Assembly: GCA_040758355.1 (NCBI GenBank)
Contig: JBFLWF010000010.1
Span: 16,908-80,907 of the forward strand
Origin: Nitrospirota bacterium
Lineage (GTDB): Bacteria > Nitrospirota > Thermodesulfovibrionia > Thermodesulfovibrionales > Dissulfurispiraceae
DNA length: 64,000 nucleotides
Direction: 5' to 3'
The notes under the pieces were generated by a model that saw only the letters and a list, made by a program, of their open reading frames with translations, was not told the origin of the DNA and ran no database searches. The translations under genes and the position numbers were made by a program. Of the stretch, positions 19,530 to 29,086 are shown piece by piece; position 1 is the first letter of the stretch, and each line of letters begins with the position of its first letter.

Positions 19530-22406
19530 CTATGCCTTTTTAACCCTAATCATCATATCCGCATAGGCGCTCTGTCCCATTATGGGGCTTAGTGCATCCG
19601 GGTCTATCAGGTTGTTGCAGTCAGGCGTATAATCCTTTGACTTGTAAGCGGTGCCGAGGCCGGGGCTGAACCTGCCGCCGGAGCCGAATGCGATTTTGAC
19701 GACACCGGGGCGTATGCCGCCAGATGCAAAAACCTTTCCCTTCGTGGATTTCCCGAGCGGGTTTTCTGCGATGACGAGGTCGCCGCTCTTTATACCGAGT
19801 TTTTTCGCATCATCGGAGTTCATCCAGATTGTGCCCACCGAGAAAGTATTGGCCTTGAATTTCCGCGTGATGGTTTTCATCGGCTCATCGCCCACAGGCA
19901 TTGCTTCAGGCACTTCAGCCTCAAACTCGTTGTTCATAGGCATCCAGAGACCTTCAGCCTTTACCTCGCCGAGCCACGGCACCATCTGCGTGCCTGTCAT
20001 GGAGTGGTGTATCCTGCCGGTAATAAGCTGGAACGGATAATCCTTCGCATACTTTTTGTACTCGGGATTTGTGTGGGGATTCCATACGGTTTCAAACCAA
20101 TAAAAGGTCTCCGGGAACTTGTCGAATCCGATTCTCTTAAGTCCGTAAGGCACTTCGCCGCCGGCTTTTTCAATGAGCTGGTTGTATTTTGCATATCTCC
20201 CTTTGCGTTTATCGCCGTCTTTGTAGTCCCATTTGAACTCAATAAGTTTTGAATCCGTCGGCGGCCATATTTTATGCGGTTCATCCGCATTGTGTTTTTT
20301 ATATCTATACCAGCTCATCGGCCATACAGCAACCCCATGATTCTTTCTTAACCATGCAGGCGTAACCTGTTCTCCGACCACTTCCTTTTTCTCATGGTCT
20401 ATCTTCACATTGCCCTTCTCAAGGGATTCAGGGGTTCCTCTGAGTGTATATCCTTCAGGATACTGAGGATACGGCAAAGGCGTTCCGATGTTGGGTTTTC
20501 CAGGGGTTCCCAGTATCAGGTCGGTGGCAAAGGTATCTTCATCTTTATACCTTTCCCAGAAGTCACCTGGCTTTATATCGGTGTCGCCGAGTTCATGGAA
20601 CTTCTTCGCGAGGAGATTCATTATCTCCGTAGGGTTCTTGGATTCGTGTAAGGGCTTGATAACTGCATCCCTGAGATAACCAAGAGGCATAGGCGGATAT
20701 ATATCAGACCAGCTTACCCTTTCGGCATAACTCGCTTCCGGCAATATCACATCGGCATAGAGGGCGCTTTCAAGATTCAATGTGTCTATGAACACCATGA
20801 GGTCAAGTTTGTAATTGCCTGAAGCGTCCTTTGCCGTAAGCGCCTCCCTCCATCTCCATGTGGCGGAGCCGCTTACAACAGAGTTTCCTGTCCTTAGAAT
20901 GTACGCCTTTATGGGATATCTGTGCCCTCTGAAAGAACCGTACCCTATCTGAACCTCTTTCCCTTCAAAGAACTCAGGGTAATCACCGACAACATCATCC
21001 CATGCCGCAGGGTATTTACTCCCATAATGGTCTTTGTTGAGCTCGCTTACTTTGCCTTCAACCTCTTTTCCGTCAATCATGCGTTTTACTTTTCTGTCAA
21101 CGAATTTTTTGTTTTCTACAAATGAGAATTCCCTTCCCTTGCCGCCTTTGCTCCATTTCATTATCTCGCAGTCAATCACGCCGCCGGGTGCATCAAAATT
21201 TCCGGTAATCACATTCAATGCTACGCCCAAAATAGAGCCGCAGTAGCCGTTAAAGTGGTGTCCCGGAGACTGCATACCCCAGACGAGTGCAGCGGGCTTG
21301 GTAATACCGAAGGTGTGGGCGAGTTCAGCGATGTCATCCTTTGAAACGCCGGCTCTCTCGGAAACCCACTCAAGGCTGAAGTAGTTCAGACCGTTAATGG
21401 GGTCTTTTTTATGCCACCATGATTTGAATGCCGCCTCAAATTCATCCCAGCCCGTGGAATACTTCTTGAAGCTCCAGTCGATATACTTTTTGCTTGGATC
21501 GTTCTGGTTGTCGTTTTCAAGGATATAACGGAGCATTGCTGCAAAAATGTCATTATCCGTTCCGGGTCTTGGCGCTATCCACTTGTCTGCAAGCGATGCG
21601 GTATTTGAATAGCTCGGGTCTATGACGAAATACTTGCATCCATTTTCAACTCTTGCGCCGACAGTGCCCCTGTTTTCATACATAATTCTTGTAGCCACAA
21701 AGGGGTTCCAGCCGCAATAGACAATGAGCTTCGTTTTGTAGGACATGTCTTTTTTCAAGCTGCCGTCGGGCTGTCTTACATAGACAGGTCTCATCAAATC
21801 AGGCTCCCATCTCTTGCCACCGACAATGAGTTTCGGCCCATGCCTTCTCGGGGTGTCGCATATGGAGCCGTGCTCAACAACATTTGATGTGCCGAAAGCA
21901 AAGAAGAGCCGCCAGTACTGGTCTCTGTCCGTCACATCGCCGGTGTCCATAATGATTGATTCCGGACCGTGCTTCTTTTTTATCTCCATCAGCTTTTTGC
22001 CGATATGGTCTATGGCCTCATCCCATGTGACGCGTTTGAATTTGCCCGAACCCCTTTCTCCGACCCTTATCATAGGATATTTAAGCCTGTAAGGAGAATA
22101 AATCAACTGCTGTCCCGATGCGCCTTTAGCACAGACAATACCGTCGTTAAAAGGCACATGCGGGTTGCCGTAAATCTTGTGGACCTTGCCGTCCTTCACC
22201 CAGAACTCAAGGCCGCACTCACTGGGGCACATACAGTCGGCGCTGTACTTGACTTCATATTTGCCCATTGCCTTCTGCATTGCCTCTGCTTCAGCAGGGC
22301 TCAGATGCTTTAATGACATGAGCCCGCTCTTTTCCAGCGCTGCAACACCGGTGAGCGCACCAGCATATTTTAAAAATACCCTTCTCGATACTTGCATATT
22401 CTTCAC
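19530..22406 (-). CDS. TAT-exported DMSO-reductase-family molybdoenzyme, Psr/Phs/Arr-like clade
   Basis: SRRVFLK, DCMCPSEC...CAKG, RLKYPMIRVGERGSGKF, EHGSICD, ADVILPEASYAER. Confidence 0.88.
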   Translation of the reverse strand: MKNMQVSRRVFLKYAGALTGVAALEKSGLMSLKHLSPAEAEAMQKAMGKYEVKYSADCMCPSECGLEFWVKDGKVHKIYGNPHVPFNDGIVCAKGASGQQLIYSPYRLKYPMIRVGERGSGKFKRVTWDEAIDHIGKKLMEIKKKHGPESIIMDTGDVTDRDQYWRLFFAFGTSNVVEHGSICDTPRRHGPKLIVGGKRWEPDLMRPVYVRQPDGSLKKDMSYKTKLIVYCGWNPFVATRIMYENRGTVGARVENGCKYFVIDPSYSNTASLADKWIAPRPGTDNDIFAAMLRYILENDNQNDPSKKYIDWSFKKYSTGWDEFEAAFKSWWHKKDPINGLNYFSLEWVSERAGVSKDDIAELAHTFGITKPAALVWGMQSPGHHFNGYCGSILGVALNVITGNFDAPGGVIDCEIMKWSKGGKGREFSFVENKKFVDRKVKRMIDGKEVEGKVSELNKDHYGSKYPAAWDDVVGDYPEFFEGKEVQIGYGSFRGHRYPIKAYILRTGNSVVSGSATWRWREALTAKDASGNYKLDLMVFIDTLNLESALYADVILPEASYAERVSWSDIYPPMPLGYLRDAVIKPLHESKNPTEIMNLLAKKFHELGDTDIKPGDFWERYKDEDTFATDLILGTPGKPNIGTPLPYPQYPEGYTLRGTPESLEKGNVKIDHEKKEVVGEQVTPAWLRKNHGVAVWPMSWYRYKKHNADEPHKIWPPTDSKLIEFKWDYKDGDKRKGRYAKYNQLIEKAGGEVPYGLKRIGFDKFPETFYWFETVWNPHTNPEYKKYAKDYPFQLITGRIHHSMTGTQMVPWLGEVKAEGLWMPMNNEFEAEVPEAMPVGDEPMKTITRKFKANTFSVGTIWMNSDDAKKLGIKSGDLVIAENPLGKSTKGKVFASGGIRPGVVKIAFGSGGRFSPGLGTAYKSKDYTPDCNNLIDPDALSPIMGQSAYADMMIRVKKA

Positions 22407-22409
22407 CTC

Positions 22410-23072
22410 CTACTGGTTGATTAAGCCGTCGGCTGTTTTAAATACTTCCTTATCCGGAGCAATGAAATGAACCCTCGGTTTTGTTCCATAATCCGGATGC
22501 CATGTCTCCGTCTTTTCTGAAGCCTTGAGCTTTGAAACGGCGCTGTTGGAATCGTTTAAATCACCAAAAGTCCTTGCCCGTCCCATGCAGTTGCGGACAC
22601 ATGCAGGCTCTTCGATACCTGCTGCGAGCCTATGGCTGCAAAAGTCGCACTTGTCGACAACCCTCAAATCCTTTGCCTTCTTTCCTTTAACCTCAGGCAC
22701 GTCTTTGGCGTATTTTGACGGATCGTTTTTGACAGGGATATGCGGATGTATAAACCGTGCGCCGTAAGGACATGCACCAACACATCTGCCGCAGCCGATG
22801 CATATGTCCCTGTCCACCATAACTACGCCGTCCTCCCGTTTGTAAGTAGCCCCTGTGGGACAGGGAAGGATGCACGGCGGCTCATCACACTGGTTGCAGA
22901 TTTTAGGGAAAAAATACCTCTTTGGTTTCGGATATTCGCCCATATCGGCGATATCCACCCTTGACCTGAACTGCCCTATCGGCGCTGCATTTTCCATCTT
23001 GCAGCTTACCTGGCAGGATGTGCAGCCCACGCACTTCCTCAGGTCAACAAGCAATGCATACTTTTTTGACAT
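22410..23072 (-). CDS. 4x[4Fe-4S] electron-transfer subunit (PsrB/ArrB/DmsB-like)
   Basis: CVGCTSCQVSC, CNQCDEPPC, CIGCGRCVGAC, KCDFC...PAC; start ATG at 23072 after AAGGAGG. Confidence 0.92.
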   Translation of the reverse strand: MSKKYALLVDLRKCVGCTSCQVSCKMENAAPIGQFRSRVDIADMGEYPKPKRYFFPKICNQCDEPPCILPCPTGATYKREDGVVMVDRDICIGCGRCVGACPYGARFIHPHIPVKNDPSKYAKDVPEVKGKKAKDLRVVDKCDFCSHRLAAGIEEPACVRNCMGRARTFGDLNDSNSAVSKLKASEKTETWHPDYGTKPRVHFIAPDKEVFKTADGLINQ

Positions 23073-23110
23073 AATAGCTCCTCCTTTCATGTGGAATTTG
23101 AAAGAGAAAA

Positions 23111-23203
23111 GCAATCATTATGCCATAAATAACTACTTGATAGACAAAGATATTTATTTTGGAATAGTGTTCAAAAACAGGGCAGGTGTGCAGAGGTTGA
23201 ACA
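23111..23203 (-). promoter_or_regulatory. Sigma54 promoter with IHF site and upstream activator sites
   Basis: Minus strand TGGCAT-AATGA-TTGC (23125-23111); IHF consensus TATCAA-GTAG-TTA (23142-23130); TGTTCA...TGTGCA-N5-TGAACA (23168-23203). Confidence 0.8.
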
Positions 23204-23219
23204 GCCGTCTTTTAATTTT

Positions 23220-23579
23220 TTATCTAAACCATTCCTTGAGCTTGTTATGAATATTTTTAATCTCAAAAGGTTTCTCAAAGAAGAAATCAATTTTCAGCGT
23301 ATCCATCTCGGTCTTGCTCAGATGGCAGAAGGCCGAAATGAGAATTATCTTGCCGTCGAAGCCTTTACTTCTAAAGAATTTTATTACTTCGATGCCGTCC
23401 AAAGGCTCCATTTTATAATCTGTGATTATTACATCAAGCCCTCTTGGGTTTATTAATGATATTGCTGCTTCTGAAGAATTTGTTGCCACCACATCATAGT
23501 CATTCTCTGAAAGATATTGTAACAGTGAGACAATAACGAGGGGCTCATCATCTATAATCAATATCCTATTTTTGACCAA
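23220..23579 (-). CDS. Single-domain response regulator
   Basis: ILIIDDE, IITDYKMEPLDG, ISAF, EKPF. Confidence 0.88.
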   Translation of the reverse strand: MVKNRILIIDDEPLVIVSLLQYLSENDYDVVATNSSEAAISLINPRGLDVIITDYKMEPLDGIEVIKFFRSKGFDGKIILISAFCHLSKTEMDTLKIDFFFEKPFEIKNIHNKLKEWFR

Positions 23580-24951
23580 ACCACACCTTCCGAGAATAAA
23601 AAATTCTACCTTTTGTCAGTCCCTTCTTTAAAAAAGTGGATGGGGTTAGGGGACAGGGGGTTGCCCCATCCACAGGAGGGCAGACTATCGGCAACTCTAT
23701 TACAAATGTAGTTCCTTCGGCTTCGATGCTTTTTACCCTTATATCTCCGCCATGCGCCTTAATGATGTTATAGCAAATACTAAGACCGAGTCCTGTGCCT
23801 TTTCCAAATCCTTTTGTTGTGAAGAAGGGCTCGAATATCCTGTCTATTATTTGCTGTGGAATGCCCGGGCCATTGTCTGACACCTCTATAATCAACCGGT
23901 TGTTTTCTTTGTATGCCTTTAAAATTATTTTGTCTCCCTTTCCTGAATCCCTGATGGCATGAATGGCATTTGAGATAAGATTCAACAATACGCGCTCCAT
24001 CTGTTCCTTATCGAGGGGCATCGCTATTTCTTCAGCGATGTCCTTAGATAAGGTAATCTTACTAACATGCAATGCCTCTGAAACAAGGTCTAAGGTCTCA
24101 TCAACCATTTCTTTTATATTCACCTGAGTTCTTTTCAGCGTCGGGGACTTTGAAAAGGCAAGCAGATCCCGAACAATATTCGCCATGCGATCGGCTGATC
24201 TATTAATCTTCTCAGCCATTGTTTTTACATTATCATCAGCGGAAGTTTTTAATAAAAGCTCGCTGAAACCGCTTACCGCAGTTAATGGATTGTTCAATTC
24301 GTGGGCGACGCCTGCTGTTACCCGTCCTATTGCAGCCAGTTTTTCGGATTGAATAAGCCTCGATTCCCTCTCTTTTGCCTCTGATTCAAGCCTTGAGATG
24401 CGTCTCAAAGATGCTGCCGAAAATCCTACAAATAAAAAGAGGCCTGCAAAGCCAATAACAATGCCTGTTCCTCTGACCCTGTAGATTTCATGTCTGACAT
24501 GCCCCAATCTCACATCTGTCAGTGATTTAGCCTTTACATAGGCATCTTCGGCAGAAGTGGTAATATGTTTTACTGTAATTAATACTTTCTCATGTTTCTC
24601 ATATGGATCCCTTTCACTTAGTTCTTTTACAAATTGATTGATGCCATTCTCCATATCTTTTATATGAGCCACAACAGTATTCGGATGGTGACAGCCGTAA
24701 CATTCAGTAATAATAGCCTGCGCCTTTGATCTAAGTGTTCTCAGTTCAGCTTCAGGTCTGTCTTTAGTAATTGCATCTTTCAGTTGATAAATTGTATCCC
24801 TCAGCTCAACCCGCTTTATAAGACTCTTTTGTGCCTCTGTCAGGGACTCCACCCTTTCTTTAACCACAAAAAGTCTTGCGCCCATAAACATAATGCCTGC
24901 TACGGTGATGACAATATAAAAACCGAGGATTATCAGAAACATTCGCTTCAT
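23566..24951 (-). CDS. Sensor histidine kinase with periplasmic c-type heme motif
   Basis: Two TMs flanking CYGCH; AHELNNPL H-box; NAIHA, DNGPG and GTGLGL boxes. Confidence 0.9.
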   Translation of the reverse strand: MKRMFLIILGFYIVITVAGIMFMGARLFVVKERVESLTEAQKSLIKRVELRDTIYQLKDAITKDRPEAELRTLRSKAQAIITECYGCHHPNTVVAHIKDMENGINQFVKELSERDPYEKHEKVLITVKHITTSAEDAYVKAKSLTDVRLGHVRHEIYRVRGTGIVIGFAGLFLFVGFSAASLRRISRLESEAKERESRLIQSEKLAAIGRVTAGVAHELNNPLTAVSGFSELLLKTSADDNVKTMAEKINRSADRMANIVRDLLAFSKSPTLKRTQVNIKEMVDETLDLVSEALHVSKITLSKDIAEEIAMPLDKEQMERVLLNLISNAIHAIRDSGKGDKIILKAYKENNRLIIEVSDNGPGIPQQIIDRIFEPFFTTKGFGKGTGLGLSICYNIIKAHGGDIRVKSIEAEGTTFVIELPIVCPPVDGATPCPLTPSTFLKKGLTKGRIFYSRKVWFGQK

Positions 24952-24953
24952 AC

Positions 24954-25057
24954 TTACGCTATCTCCCTTGTCTTAAACCCTGCTGTTGAATTCCTCAACT
25001 CTCCAGCCGGTGACCAGCCATTACCTTGCTTTTCAAAGATACATCTCTGATGTTCAT
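24954..25057 (-). pseudogene. Probable internally deleted chemoreceptor (MCP) relic
   Basis: GGAGG RBS plus MNIRDVSLKSKVMAG, joined out of frame to AGELRNSTAGFKTREIA-stop. Confidence 0.45.
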
Positions 25058-25148
25058 ATTCCTCCCGCTGTTTAACAGCAACAGACTTCTACAAAGTCTT
25101 TGTTTTTAAATTAAAAATTAATCCTCAGATGTGGATTGGAATTCACAT

Positions 25149-25369
25149 TCAAGAATTATGCCGACACATTCTTCCTTAGTTCAACTTATTGATAATTATC
25201 TGTTTTGTTCTTCAGGGGATGTTTAAAGATGTGACTAAAGTCACAGAAATCGTAACAAGAAAGAAACGATGTGTAACAGAATTCGGACAGAATTGAACCG
25301 TTATGATTGATAATTAATGCTTTTTTGATTGTGTTCAAAAAATAGGCGGGATGTGCAGGATGTGAACAG
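25149..25369 (-). promoter_or_regulatory. Second sigma54-like promoter region with IHF, CRP-type and activator sites
   Basis: CGGCAT-AATTC-TTGA (25163-25149, variant -12); IHF TATCAA-TAAG-TTG (25194-25182); TGTGA-CTAAAG-TCACA (25230-25245); copy of the 23168-23203 motif at 25331-25369. Confidence 0.65.
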
Positions 25370-25370
25370 A

Positions 25371-26765
25371 TTATTGAGTATCTTCTCCAAGTTTTTTTCT
25401 CAAGGTATTTCTTGATATGCCTAAGAGTTTTGCAGCGTGGACCTGATTTCCCTTTGTAAGCTCCAATGCCCTTTTGACCATGGATTTTTCAAGCGTGCTG
25501 ACTATATCCTGAAACCTCTCCTGACAGCCATCCTTGAATGCAAGTTCAACGACGTTTTGAATTGCGTGCTCTGTGGAAACACAACTATTTCGCAACAAAC
25601 TCTGCATATGCAGTTCTTCGCAGCATTCTGAGGATAGGTAATCGCTGTTACAGAAAACTATTGTCTTCTGAACAACATTCTCAAGCTCCCTGACATTGCC
25701 GTGCCATGTATGTTCTTCCAGCTTTTTCAGGGCGTCAGCGGTGATGCCTTTTATTGTTTTGCCGAGCTTTTTATTGTATTTCTGTATGAAGTAATGGACA
25801 AGTTCTTTAATATCCTCTTTCCGTTTCCTTAGTGGTGGTACATTAATAGTGACCACATTTATACGATAATAAAGGTCTTCCCTGAATGTGTTGTTTTTTA
25901 CCATATCCTCTATATCTTTGTTGGTTGCAGCAATTATCCTTACATTTGTTTCAATAGTCTCTGTGCCGCCAAGTCTCTGGAATTTCCCGTCCTGCAGTAT
26001 ACGCAAGAGCTTTGCCTGAAGGCCGACGGGCATATCACCGATTTCATCAAGAAAGATCGTCCCTCCGCTGCATTGCTCAAATTTCCCTATGCGTTTAAAA
26101 TCTGCGCCTGTAAATGCCCCTCGCTCGTATCCGAAAAGCTCGCTCTCAAGGAGCTGTTCTGGAATGGCTGCGCAATTTATTGCAAGGAATGGTTTGGATG
26201 ACCTGTTGCTGTAATGGTAGATTGCCCTCGCAACGAGTTCTTTCCCCGTGCCATTTTCTCCCTTTATAAGAACAGTTGCGTCTGTTGGCGCTGCCCTTCC
26301 TATCTGTTTATAAATATCGAGCATGGCAGGGCTTTTGCCTATAATTCTTTCGCCACCTGCATAATCTTTCACCTCATCAAAGGTGACCACCTCTTCCATC
26401 AGCTCTCTTGTTTTGATAGCATCCTTAGCGCGGATAAGTAATTCGTCGTTATCAAAAGGCTTGGCAAGATAATCGTATGCACCTAATCTTATGGCCTCTA
26501 TCGCCTTTTCGGTGGTGCTGAAGGCTGTCATCATGATTACCTGAACTTTTGGATGAGATTCCTTTATCCTTTTTAATACTTCAAGGCCGTCCATTTCGGG
26601 CATCCTTACATCCATTATCACAAGATCGGGATTTACATCATTTAAAACTGACAATGCATCTTCACCACTTGTGGCTGTGTGCACATTATAGCCTTCGGAT
26701 TGAAGAAATCTCTGAAGGGAATAACACACTGTCCTCTGGTCGTCGACAACGAGTATCTTACTCAT
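25371..26765 (-). CDS. Sigma54-dependent (NtrC-family) response regulator
   Basis: Receiver domain, GENGTGKE, GAFTGA, Fis-type HTH. Confidence 0.95.
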   Translation of the reverse strand: MSKILVVDDQRTVCYSLQRFLQSEGYNVHTATSGEDALSVLNDVNPDLVIMDVRMPEMDGLEVLKRIKESHPKVQVIMMTAFSTTEKAIEAIRLGAYDYLAKPFDNDELLIRAKDAIKTRELMEEVVTFDEVKDYAGGERIIGKSPAMLDIYKQIGRAAPTDATVLIKGENGTGKELVARAIYHYSNRSSKPFLAINCAAIPEQLLESELFGYERGAFTGADFKRIGKFEQCSGGTIFLDEIGDMPVGLQAKLLRILQDGKFQRLGGTETIETNVRIIAATNKDIEDMVKNNTFREDLYYRINVVTINVPPLRKRKEDIKELVHYFIQKYNKKLGKTIKGITADALKKLEEHTWHGNVRELENVVQKTIVFCNSDYLSSECCEELHMQSLLRNSCVSTEHAIQNVVELAFKDGCQERFQDIVSTLEKSMVKRALELTKGNQVHAAKLLGISRNTLRKKLGEDTQ

Positions 26766-28144
26766 ACATTTAGAGGTATCTCCAGATTAAAGGTTGTCCC
26801 TTTGCCGTTACTTTCAAAACTAATCTCTCCGCTATGGATGTTTATAATATTATACACAATTGATAGTCCGAGACCTGTCCCGTCTCCCTTTGTTGTAAAA
26901 AACGGGTCAAAGATTTTGTCTTTTATTTCTTCAGGTATACCACTCCCTGTATCTCCAATGCTAACGACTGCACTGCCATTTTCCATTTTACTGGATATGG
27001 TCAATGTGCCTCCGTCAGGCATTGCCTCAACTGCATTAAGGACGAGATTCAGCAAGGCCTGCTGCAACATGGCCCTGTCAGCCTTTACCGGCGGGAGTTT
27101 CGAGAGATTAAGAGATACCTTTACTGATTGATTCTTTATCTGAAACTGTGTGAGGTTTAATACCTGTTTTATTACGGAATTAATATATACATCCGACAGA
27201 TTAAACTCATCACTTCTTGCAAATCTCAGAAATTTTGTGAGGAGGTTGTTCATCTGATCTGCTGCCGATAAAACTATCTCCATGTCATCTCTTGTTAAAG
27301 ATGGATTATCCTTAAATGTTTGAAATAGAGTTCTTATAGAGGTAAGCGGGTTTCTCAGTTCATGAGCCAACCCTGCTGAAAGCCTTCCAAGTGCAGTGAG
27401 CTTTTCTGTCCTGAGCATCTGCTTGTAAGATTCCTCCATCTTCTTTCTGTATGCATCAAGTTCGTAAGAGAGGTTATTGAATGTCTCGGAGAGTTCACCA
27501 ACTTCATCCCTCGATTTTATCTCGATGCTTTTGCCAAAATCTCCTTTTGCAAGGTCATGCGTAAACTCAACAAGCCTGTTAAGGGGTTTTGTTATAAGCC
27601 TGCTCATGAAACATGAAAGCACAGAGCCAACGAGCATCACTATGACGGTCAGCAGTATGATGAGGTTTCTTATCCTGCCCAGTGTTTGCGTAATCTTGTC
27701 TTCTTTAATTCCAATATGGAGTTCGGGCTTCATTCCTTCAAATATCTTTATCCCAACATCCCTTATAGAGCCAACCTCTGTATCCAATAACTGCATTGAG
27801 ACCTGTTTATTCGACAGGGGATTCCAGTTTAAGATGTCTGGCGGATGACCATTCTTAAAGGTGTGGGCAAGCAAGTATTCGTCTTTGGCAGTAACAAATA
27901 TATATTCTATATCTCTTTCTGTCTTAAGGACATCTACTATTGCCTCCTCTATTTTATAGACATCATCTATGAGTATAGAATCAGCGATTCTGTTTGATAG
28001 ATTTTTTGCGAGTGACTCGCCCTCTCTCGATAATTCAGCCCTCATGGCATCTGTCACAGCCCCTCTTACTGCCATGCCTACCAGCATACCCAGACTTATA
28101 ACAATAACTACATTAAGAAGGACTATCTTAAACCAGAGTTTCAT
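26762..28144 (-). CDS. HAMP-containing sensor histidine kinase
   Basis: Two TMs, HAMP, AHELRNPL, HATPase boxes. Confidence 0.93.
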   Translation of the reverse strand: MKLWFKIVLLNVVIVISLGMLVGMAVRGAVTDAMRAELSREGESLAKNLSNRIADSILIDDVYKIEEAIVDVLKTERDIEYIFVTAKDEYLLAHTFKNGHPPDILNWNPLSNKQVSMQLLDTEVGSIRDVGIKIFEGMKPELHIGIKEDKITQTLGRIRNLIILLTVIVMLVGSVLSCFMSRLITKPLNRLVEFTHDLAKGDFGKSIEIKSRDEVGELSETFNNLSYELDAYRKKMEESYKQMLRTEKLTALGRLSAGLAHELRNPLTSIRTLFQTFKDNPSLTRDDMEIVLSAADQMNNLLTKFLRFARSDEFNLSDVYINSVIKQVLNLTQFQIKNQSVKVSLNLSKLPPVKADRAMLQQALLNLVLNAVEAMPDGGTLTISSKMENGSAVVSIGDTGSGIPEEIKDKIFDPFFTTKGDGTGLGLSIVYNIINIHSGEISFESNGKGTTFNLEIPLNV

Positions 28145-29076
28145 TTGAGCAGACCGTATTTAAGCGTGAGGTCTTTTATCTCGCGCATAGAAGATTCACT
28201 ATATAGGGTAAATCCATTGGGCATTTCTGTCTTATCCCAATCCACAAGAATACCGGATTGTTTATTCTTAGGATCAAATGAAAGGAGTGCTGCCTTTACA
28301 GCCTTTAAAATAACAGGATCAACATTTTTATTGTAACAAATCAGGCTGCTTGGATATGGTTTCGAGGTGGCAAGTATTTTTATTTTCCCCTCTGCCAGCA
28401 ATCTCTTTGCGAGGGTGTCCTGTATTCCACCCGCATCGTATTCCCCGTTCAAAACTGCCCTCGCTGTGTTTGCATGTGAACCTGTAAATACATGAGTCTT
28501 TAAATCCCCCAATGTAATTCCTGTATCTTCAAGCATCTTACGGGGGATGATATGCCCCTGTGTTGAGAATCTATCGCCAAAGGCAAATGTTTTGCCTTTC
28601 AAGTCTTTAAGGCTTTTTATAGAACTGCCTATCCTTGCAAAAATAACAGCACGATACTCGGGTTTTCCGTCAGAATTGAGTCCCATGACAAGACAGCCTG
28701 TACCATATTTTTTATTCGCCAATATACAATTAACAGGCCCAAGTGCAGCAAAATGGGTAATTCCCTTGCCGAGATTATCGACAGTATCTTCATACTTTTC
28801 TGTGAATCGTAAAGAGAACCTGTTGCCGGTATTGACTTCAAGGTAACGCATAAAAGGAAGATATATCTTCACATCTTCCCTTGGGCCAAGCCTCAGGTCG
28901 AAGCCGAATTTCAATGATCCGATATCAGAGGATTTGATGTGATTCTCTGTAGCAGGAGACCGTTTGTTGAGACTCACTTTTTTAGGAACTTCTTTATCTT
29001 TGCAGCTATGGATCAGCATGGATAAAAAGGCGAGGGTTATAATGAGAAATAATGTTTTACGGCGGTATGTTTTCAT
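28141..29076 (-). CDS. PhnD-family periplasmic oxyanion-binding lipoprotein
   Basis: Lipobox-like IHSC, LKGKTFAFGDRFSTQGH, GSHANTARAV. Confidence 0.85.
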   Translation of the reverse strand: MKTYRRKTLFLIITLAFLSMLIHSCKDKEVPKKVSLNKRSPATENHIKSSDIGSLKFGFDLRLGPREDVKIYLPFMRYLEVNTGNRFSLRFTEKYEDTVDNLGKGITHFAALGPVNCILANKKYGTGCLVMGLNSDGKPEYRAVIFARIGSSIKSLKDLKGKTFAFGDRFSTQGHIIPRKMLEDTGITLGDLKTHVFTGSHANTARAVLNGEYDAGGIQDTLAKRLLAEGKIKILATSKPYPSSLICYNKNVDPVILKAVKAALLSFDPKNKQSGILVDWDKTEMPNGFTLYSESSMREIKDLTLKYGLLK

Positions 29077-29086
29077 ACATAAATTT

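Noticed and set aside
23073..23114. Upstream start extensions in the ORF track (also at 4178, 10658, 12464, 18204, 49084, 54786, 58307)
   Set aside because: Downstream starts have better RBS or family-typical N-termini; the extensions overlap promoters, terminators, repeats or neighbouring genes
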